Source of the DNA: the human T2T-CHM13v2.0 reference genome, Homo sapiens
Strand: one strand, 5' to 3'
Assembly: GCF_009914755.1 (NCBI RefSeq)
Contig: NC_060941.1
DNA: 64,000 nt
The notes beneath the pieces were generated by a model. It made no database searches. It was not told the origin of the DNA and saw nothing but the letters and a program-made list of their open reading frames with translations. Positions 55,290-64,000 of this stretch are shown here, piece by piece. The translations under genes were made by a program, and so were the position numbers. Position 1 is the stretch's first letter. The number at the start of each line of letters is the position of its first letter.

Positions 55290-57720
55290 AAGATGTATTA
55301 AATCAAACACTGAAAGCATTGGCACACAGAATTTTCCTAATAGGGACATGATGAAAAGTCATTTATTAATTAAAATGCATTTATATTTTCTTTTTTTAAA
55401 ATGAAGCAATGGGGGTATTCTACGCTACCATACATTTACAAAATTTCATTTGCAAAATTTCATCCTTCATACTTCCTTATTTAGCTAATTAAGGTAATGA
55501 TTCTACTTAGATTGGAAAGTTCTAATTAAAATCATTAATTTTTCCCGAACCTTCTCCTTCAAGATCTAAGCTTTGCTGCACATCCTTCAGTCTTTGGGAG
55601 GAGAGAATGTTGGGGGATGTGCTGCTGATAATTGATGAGAGAGAGCAGGATACATTTATTATGACCTTCCTCCCGCTGCCCAGCTAAATTTATACAGCCA
55701 ACCATAATCTAATAACTCTGTGTTCCTTTCTTTAAAGATTTTCCTATCATATGAAACTATTTCGGCCTGTGGTGTATTCTTTCTAATTAGAGTAGAATAC
55801 TAAAGCAAAACCATTTCAATCCAAGTTGCATAAAAATGCCATCCCTTTCCGAGTGACTGGTTTTCAAAGCGAGCTCATTACCTGGAAAAACAACAACAAC
55901 AAAAGTGTTGCCTCTCTGAATTCACGTGGTTTGGAAAATTCTTAGCCATCTACAGATGCACCAACTGAATCATAATAAAGAAGAGAAAATCTATAAATGA
56001 TTAATTTCCTTTTTCTATTTAGGCTTAACATGTTTTAAGGGATAATTAAACTTTTGGCCTGTTTCTTAGAAGTCCAGGAGGAAGCATATTTCAGAAGAAG
56101 CTTATTGAACTGAGCGGTGAACTCATTCATTATCCTTTGGTTAATACAGAGTGAACTTGTCTACCCTCAGGTTCATTTAGCTTTAGGCTACAGCCTAGAT
56201 TCTTAGACATCCGTCTATTTTACAGTATTAATTCAAGCTGTTTATAAATAACACATGACTAAATAGATGTTAAAGAAGACCTCCCTTGGGGCAGGCATTA
56301 TTCCCACGTGCATGGCAACAGAGTTCGTAACAGGGCTTGGTGAACAGTATAATCTCAACACATTAACTGGGACCACATCGCCATTTGGCTATCAGAGCAG
56401 CCACACCGAGTGCATCATCTCTTGCACACCCTTTTAATTTAAGTACCTTGCTCAGTGCTAAGAAAAAAGGCACACTTGTTAAGGCAGGAGTAAGTGCGGA
56501 TCTGCGAAACCTAAGCAAGCATATTTCACCAGCACCTCCTAGGGGCCACGTGTGGATATGAGGATGGGAGGTGGGGACTCGCACAGAACCTTTCCTTGAA
56601 TTGTCAGTTTCACCTCTCCTACACACAAAAATCCACCCCGACTGCGCCGTCCACAATACCAGCTAGTTTGCTGAATTAGTTCAGCGACTCAAGGAGGCCT
56701 TACGAGGTTTAAATAAACTGCACAAAAGACACATTTGATCGCTCGAGAAAATAAACATTTAAAAAACTCAGTGGAAAGAAAGACTCCTAAAATATATCCT
56801 GTCCTTTAGGAGCAAAGCTTCGTTAGGACACCGAAGTACTCAGAAATAATAGGCACTTACTCTTCGGTTTACACACACACACACACACACACACACGGAT
56901 TAGTTTATAAAGTTCCAGGATCCAGACCCGGTTAACACTGAAGTTGCTTTTTAGGGGTCTGCGCGCTCTCGCCTGGCTGCTGGGAAGGAGGGCTGGGAGG
57001 CGCTGAAGCGAGGGCAGATCTGAGTGTCTGTAGGAGTTGCTATTCCAAAAAAAATCATTACTCTCTAATTGTTCTGATTTTAGATCAGCAAAGCGTGCCG
57101 GGCGGTGGTGGAGAGACTGAGGGCGGACAAGGCGAGAGGGAACGAGCCGTCCACCCTTCGGAGAAGCCTAGGCGCCTTGTAAGTAATTCGCGAACAGTCG
57201 GGAGAACAAACAGCCAAGCGGCGCTGCAGTGGCCGCACTTGCGCGCGTCTCAATCCTGGGGGCTCTGCGCGCCCGCCCCAGTCCCTCGCCCCATTGACTC
57301 AGTGGCTTCTCCGGGCGCTGCAGCCTCCGCGGGGGGCTTCGAAGGGCCGAGGGGCTCCGGCAGAGAGGGAGTGGAGAGGGAGACGCGCCGGGACCGACGA
57401 ACAATCCTGCCCCTGCGGCAAAGGTCTCTACCCGGCGCTGGCACCTCGCAGGCCCCTCGAGGAGCACGCAGGGCAAGCGGCCCAAGAGCGGGGGAACCGG
57501 GAAGTGTGTGGGGCTCCAGACGGAGTAGGAAGCTTTGCCCAAGGCCAGGCTGCAATCAGGCAGCCGCAACAGCCGGGCGCGGAGCTTCCCACCTGCTGCT
57601 GTCCCAGCTGGGCCGCAACTTCCTCCTCCCCGGCCCGGGCCCGACTCCCCGGCCGGGCTCCGAGGGTGGAGGGGGACGAGGCGGCGGCAGGTTCCCTCCG
57701 CTGGCAACGCCTCGCAGCAT
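55290..57720 (-). ncRNA. KCNJ2-AS1: Divergent antisense lncRNA KCNJ2-AS1 (boundaries approximate)
   Basis: Mostly prior knowledge of the locus; the sequence shows a shared CpG-island promoter and a minus-strand AATAAA (TTTATT at 55362-55367). Confidence 0.5.
56871..56896. repeat. (AC)13 microsatellite ~1 kb upstream of KCNJ2 exon 1
   Basis: Perfect AC repeat. Confidence 0.95.
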
Positions 57721-58210
57721 CCTCCCCTCCCCGCCGCGGTTCCCGGGGCCGGCCGCGCGGCCAGGCGCGCTGCGATTGGCCGGCAGCGGCCGGGGGCGGG
57801 GCCAGGAGAGCCGGTGTCGCACGGACCGCCTCAAAAGAGCCCAGGATATTGCAGAGCGCACTGGAGCCCTGGCCAGCGCGCAGCCTTCCCGGCGCCGGCG
57901 GGCTGGGTCTTGGGAATTCTGGTTTGCTTTGGCTCACTCGCTTTTTACAAACCACTGGATCTTACATGCCTCTGTACCCCCCACTTCCACTCCATGTCCC
58001 CATGCTCCTGCGCCAGCAACAGGTAAGGGCTGCTGTGTTTTCTTCCTTTTCGCTCGCTGCCGGTGTGTCCTGGGGAATGGACTCTGGCCGCCGTCCCCTA
58101 CCCTACCCTGCCCCGCTGCTCCAGAGGTGCCCAGCTGTCACACTGCTGTAGCGCTCACCCACACTCCGGAGTCCCAGATCATGCCTATATAGTTTGTGTG
58201 CGCACCAGAA
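56950..58210. promoter_or_regulatory. KCNJ2: CpG island and KCNJ2 promoter
   Basis: Very GC- and CpG-rich; inverted CCAAT (ATTGG 57775-57779), GC box GGGGGCGGGG 57792-57801, AP-1 TGACTCA 57295-57301; no canonical TATA before exon 1. Confidence 0.9.
57853..58022 (+). other. KCNJ2: KCNJ2 non-coding exon 1 (start approximate)
   Basis: Donor CAG|GTAAGG at 58022/58023 downstream of CCAAT and GC boxes. Confidence 0.8.
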
Positions 58211-60633
58211 CATCCCCAGAGCTAAAAATACTGAGACATGCTTGGAACAGTTGAGCAATAGAAACAGATTTCTCTGCAGCATCTGTTTGTGCTCATAACT
58301 TCCAATGCACCAGCTGTAGCGAGATACTGGGTTTGGAGGCAAGGGCGAGAGCGTCTGTGTTCGGTTCTCACTCTAAGTGGGGAAAAAAAGAAAGAAAACG
58401 TGGTTGCGGGTTTGGGGGTGCGTCTTGAGCCCTGGTCTTAAACCTTGGCAAAGCTTGGGACTCAGCACTATTCTTGATCCTTGGCTTTTTTTTTTTTTCG
58501 TCATTGCTTCAAGTATAGCTGTGAGTTTCAAACAGAGTGAGTGTCTCAAAGTTGCCTTCCTGAAAGAAGAGCGGGAGCCCGAGTTGGATTTGAGCCTGAG
58601 GATCGCAAAACTTTCACATTACATATCACTCTCCCCTAACCAATTTGTTATTTTCAGTAATAATGGTATTAATACCTGGCTTGAAGACAGTGTGGTTTTA
58701 GGAAAGCAAAATAGTCAAAACGACTTGATTCTGCAAAAAGATTGCATCATAGCGTGGATTCATCATGACAATTGGAAAAAAAATAGGGATAGGGAATGGG
58801 CAGTTTAATGTCTGTGTCTGGGTAAGGATATCATAGGATGATCACTAGGATAAAAGGCTGTGAATTCCGACGATTTTCATAAATTCAGATTTTACCTGTT
58901 AGGAAATAAGGTGTTATTTGAAAACCTCGGATATGCAAAGAAACCATATTGCGTTTTATCATTTGTTTTCTTTTCACATTAATAATCAATAGGCTGCCAG
59001 ATTTCCTCTCGCCAACCAATGTTGTGTGTCTGCTGTACATTATCTGTACACTTGTTAGCGTTTTCCTGCTCACTTCCAAATGTTTCATTTCTATTTGCCA
59101 TTATCTGGAAAAATCCTGGTGCTCAGAAGGGGTAAGAGATGTTAATTGAAGCATGGTGGAAAGGGTGAGGATAAGGTCAAGGCCATTTTACTTAGCTTCC
59201 TCCTCTCTCATATTTTAATGACACTTTATTTTTTAATGTTCTTGGTCTCCATAAGAAATATTTGATCTAAACTCATGTGAATTTTGCTTTTAAAAAAAAT
59301 AAAAGAACACAGTCTTTCTACATCCTTTGGATTCCTGAGTTGTAGAATCTCTGGTTAGCTGTAGCGTCCTTGTATGACTTTTGCGTAGCCTGAAAGATTG
59401 AAAACAGCTACCTGCACAGATTAAGTGTTTCAGATTTTTTTAAGTGTATATTTTTATTTACCAAACATGTCTGTTTTTCAGCGTATGCAAATGCTGAGCA
59501 GTGCTACAAGCCAAGTGTCGTTGAGTATAAATGTTAGACAGGGGGCTCACACGTAGATAGATGGGTATCCCCCTCCCCTCCCCACTTCCCCCTCCTCCTC
59601 CCTCATGTTTATTGAGCTTCTAAGAGGCTGCTTTCCTAGCAGTTGTGCTCACATAGCAACATGTGCCCAGAGCACACTCAGGCTGTTCTATATGGCGTCA
59701 GCTGGGGAATAGCTGCTCTAAACACTCATTAGCAGACCTCTCTCTCAGCCCAGTACGTTTTCTTTTGCTATCTTTATTTCCTATCCTTAGAAACTTTCTT
59801 ATTTATTGCACACCATGACCATATTACAGGACACATTTACTCTCATTTGATTTTTTTTTTTAGTTATTTATAAGCCATATTGGAAGTATTACCTATATAG
59901 TCAAAGCAATTTAGATCCCCCATTTGTACCATGTGATCTCCTTGACCTTACATTTATCCATAGCTCTTTCTCCTTTAACATCTACCTAAGTTTAAAACGC
60001 TGAACTATTTTTTTCCATTGCTTATGCTTAATTTTGGCTCAGCCTATAAATAGTCTTAACATGAACAGCACCACATGTAACCTCTCAATTTCCCAAAAAT
60101 ACTTTCTACATCATGGGTTATGGCCTGGATAAAAATGATTATTTGTGTCCATGAAATTTACATCTAGACCCTTAAATATTTTGGCTGGAAGGGAGATTTA
60201 CACATTGTTCATCAAATCAAATTTCAATTCTCTGGATTTGTATCACTTAGTGTTCTCATCTACTCCTCATTGATTGCATCTCAAACATTATTTTGAATAT
60301 ATGCTTGAAATAAAGTTGCATGTAAGCCCTGTTTTTTTAATGATAGCTTTTCTCAGCTGCTCACGAATTGGTAATTGCTAGTGAGAGGACCGGGCAAGGA
60401 AGTTTTCTGCTTGCTTAAAGTCGCTCAGGCATGTGGGCAGGTTAACAGTAAAAGCAATTTTTACCATGAAATATTAAGACCGTTACCCCATCAAACCTTG
60501 ACAGGTTCTAGACTTTAGCTATGTAATCAGCTCCACAAAAAGTCTGCATACATATATGTGTGTGCACCTGCATACACACATAAATCTGTTTGGGGGCATA
60601 TCTATTTAAAGTGGCAAAAGTTTTCTTTTTGCC

Positions 60634-60658
60634 AAAAAAAAAAAAAAAAAAAAAAAAA
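60634..60658. repeat. A25 mononucleotide tract in KCNJ2 intron
   Basis: Pure A run. Confidence 0.9.
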
Positions 60659-63144
60659 GCCCAAAACTCCTCTTTTTCTCTTTCCAGGAAGAAATGGTAA
60701 AATTTCTAAATGATGCTCCACATGTGGAACAAATTCTGTTATTAGCAATGGAAATAAGACAATAATAGTCTCTCAATACAGGCTACTTTCAAGATTCTAA
60801 ATGTGGAAAGCTATTCATAGGAAGCTGGTATTGTGTGATTTGTGGAATTCAAACAAATGTCCTGGGGTCAAGATTTTTGGAAAGTCATAATTCAGTCTTT
60901 AGATTTCATATGGTTGTTATGTTTTAATCTGGAAGGAGTACAGAAATAAGTCAGAAGAAATTTGAGACTGTCTACTCATGGCCCCTAATGGTAACTCACA
61001 TGGAAGGATTGTTTTGAATCATGAAAAGGGAATTTCTTGGTGTCAGCTTATAATACAAAGTTCTGAAGTCAATCAGAACTCAAAAATACAAAGCATTCAT
61101 TGAATGAAGTTCTTCTCCTTTTTTTGAAACGTATACCTGCGTTTGGTGTTGTTGCTGTCTCTGTCTGTTTAGTAATGTGAGAAAACTAAGATGAAATAAT
61201 TGCTTAAAAAATGCTGTCCATGTACAGGATCTAGAACTTCGAGGGGCAGGATTCTTGTTTCTTTGGTCCAAGTGCAAACTTCACAGGGAAGCAGACAAAA
61301 CATTGAAGCAGGTGGAAGGTTAGGAAAGCACAGTAACTTCTTTTTATAAAGTAATTCAAAGGCACTTTCAAACTGAGCATCATTTAGGTGTCAAAAGCTG
61401 CCAAAATGTAACACACATTGCAATTTTCAAAGATGACTAATCTCAGGAAAAATGTGTTGGGGCACATTCTTGCATAATAACTTGGATAAAGAAGAAGTCA
61501 AAAGACAGTAACAAGGCATTTTCAAAGGCAATGCACCTTGCCTCTTCTTAAGGGAATGCACAAAAACAACATAAATGGATTGCTTTATTTGTTTGCGGCT
61601 GGCTTGGCTGATATCGGTTCTATTAACTGTTTAATCTTAATGGATTTAGAGGAGAAGGAAAAAGTGGAGTCTTCATTATCAGGCATCAACAAATTTCTGA
61701 CTCTTTTCATGAGTTATTCATTGCCCCCCTTTAATATAGCAGAAGGATTTGGTTGTATGAAAAGTTGAAGATGGGCTTTATTTTTCAGTTCTAACTCTTA
61801 TTAGTTTTGTTATTACACATTTGGTAAAGAAAACACCTTAGACTTTCTCTTAGCTTTTTGTTAGTTAGTCAAGGGAAATAGTTTCTTAGGAGTGAAGATG
61901 GAAAGTTGAAGTACATAGATAGTTCTTAGCTAGGGAAGACTGAGGCAATAGGAGAAAACTGAGAACTACTATTTGCACATATTAAGTAAAGGTGAGTGCC
62001 TTCTCCATAGGAACCTATACCAAATAACAGCGCTGGAAGTGAAAGTAAGCGGACTGGCATTTATGATCTGTCCTTACACAGTTGTCTCTGTCTGAGAGAA
62101 CACAGCACTGGACTCACATGAAATGAGTTCCTGCCTTATCTCAATCCGCTAAAGACCTGGTCCTTTGGCACAACGGTGCTTACTTCCTAGCCTGTCATTA
62201 CACATGACAGCCCCATCTCAGGAGAATTTCAGGGCTCTTATTGCTAGGCAACAGAATTGCTCTCTATCCCCCAGAGCAAACCTGCATCTTCAGAGTCTTC
62301 AAGCCAGAATTACCTGTACTAATAGAGACTTAGCAGGCATTTCTGCATAGTGGTTGCTTAAAGTGTGAGAAGTGATGAAGCAAGCCCAAACAGTATCCAG
62401 AAACTGGGATCCATTTCAGATTATTATAAGCAATAGGGGCAGTATTCACCATCGTAGGAGGTTTTGTCCACTAGTTCCCTCTATTTTCAGGATACACACT
62501 CAGTCAAGCCTACTCCAAAATCCACTTCACTATTCTATTTGTAGGTGGGAATCTGACTTTCTTCCTCTAGCATTTCGTCAGCCTATCCGGTCTGCTCAGT
62601 TATATCATTTAAACAAAATAGTCTGTCTTCCGATTTCAACCTTGCCATCAGGGACTCTAATATTCTCCCGTAATGCACATGCAACTCAGTGGATATCAAT
62701 GCTGCGTCCACGTGAAGTTTTCTAAACATGTCCTTTTTCCAAAAATTTTACGACAAACCTTGGAATCAGACAGTCTTTCATCTGCTTAACAGGGATCCTA
62801 GCAAGTGGGGCAGGCAGAAGAAGAGAATAAGAGAAGGGAGAGGTAGACCTGAACAATAGAATATTCTAGATCCCTGGCCAAAAAGAAGGGAAAGGGGACC
62901 TGACCTGACATTTTGGTTGAACAACTGTCACAGACAACTCTTCTATGTTTAACGACTTTATGCTTTTAAATAAAAGTTTTACAAAGCATGCTTAGGATAC
63001 AAAGAAATTTAAAACCTTATAATTTAATGTAAATTATACTTATCTTTACCTGATTATGTGTTTTTGTTAGGATATATTGTCTTAGACAGTAGAATTCTTT
63101 AAGAGTGGCTTATTTTGTAATGCACAGTCTCTCTTTTCTTGCAG

Positions 63145-64000
<856 letters not shown>

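Noticed and set aside
57095-58192. Long overlapping ORFs (365, 285, 179, 175, 163 aa) on both strands
   Set aside because: Stop-poor CpG island; low-complexity G/R/P/A products; mostly non-ATG starts; they run through a real splice donor

Overview
Human (primate) genomic DNA that I recognise as the 17q24.3 inward-rectifier K+ channel locus. It contains the 3' half of KCNJ16 (Kir5.1): intron, a 97-nt 5' exon at 19201-19297, the single coding exon with CDS 20410-21666 and a 3'UTR to about 23930. A ~33 kb repeat-rich intergenic region follows. The window ends in KCNJ2 (Kir2.1): CpG-island promoter, non-coding exon 1, a 5.1 kb intron and the first 213 codons from 63361, which the ORF track missed because the frame runs off the window. 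Most other listed ORFs are Alu/LTR/L1 or high-GC artefacts. I found no new protein-coding system. The best candidate for undescribed biology is a splice-junction-built translational switch in KCNJ16: a strong out-of-frame uORF overlaps two in-frame starts for a 450/453-aa N-terminally extended Kir5.1, and a candidate cassette exon would disable the extension. KCNJ2 has four uORFs. Other observations include a CpG-rich solo LTR18-type LTR with a two-way TATA upstream of the KCNJ16 exon, locally templated insertions, a four-level nested transposon stack, a twin-primed young L1 beside an AluYa5, and a probable mRNA 3'UTR retrocopy. Repeat subfamily names come from remembered consensus sequences, not from a search.
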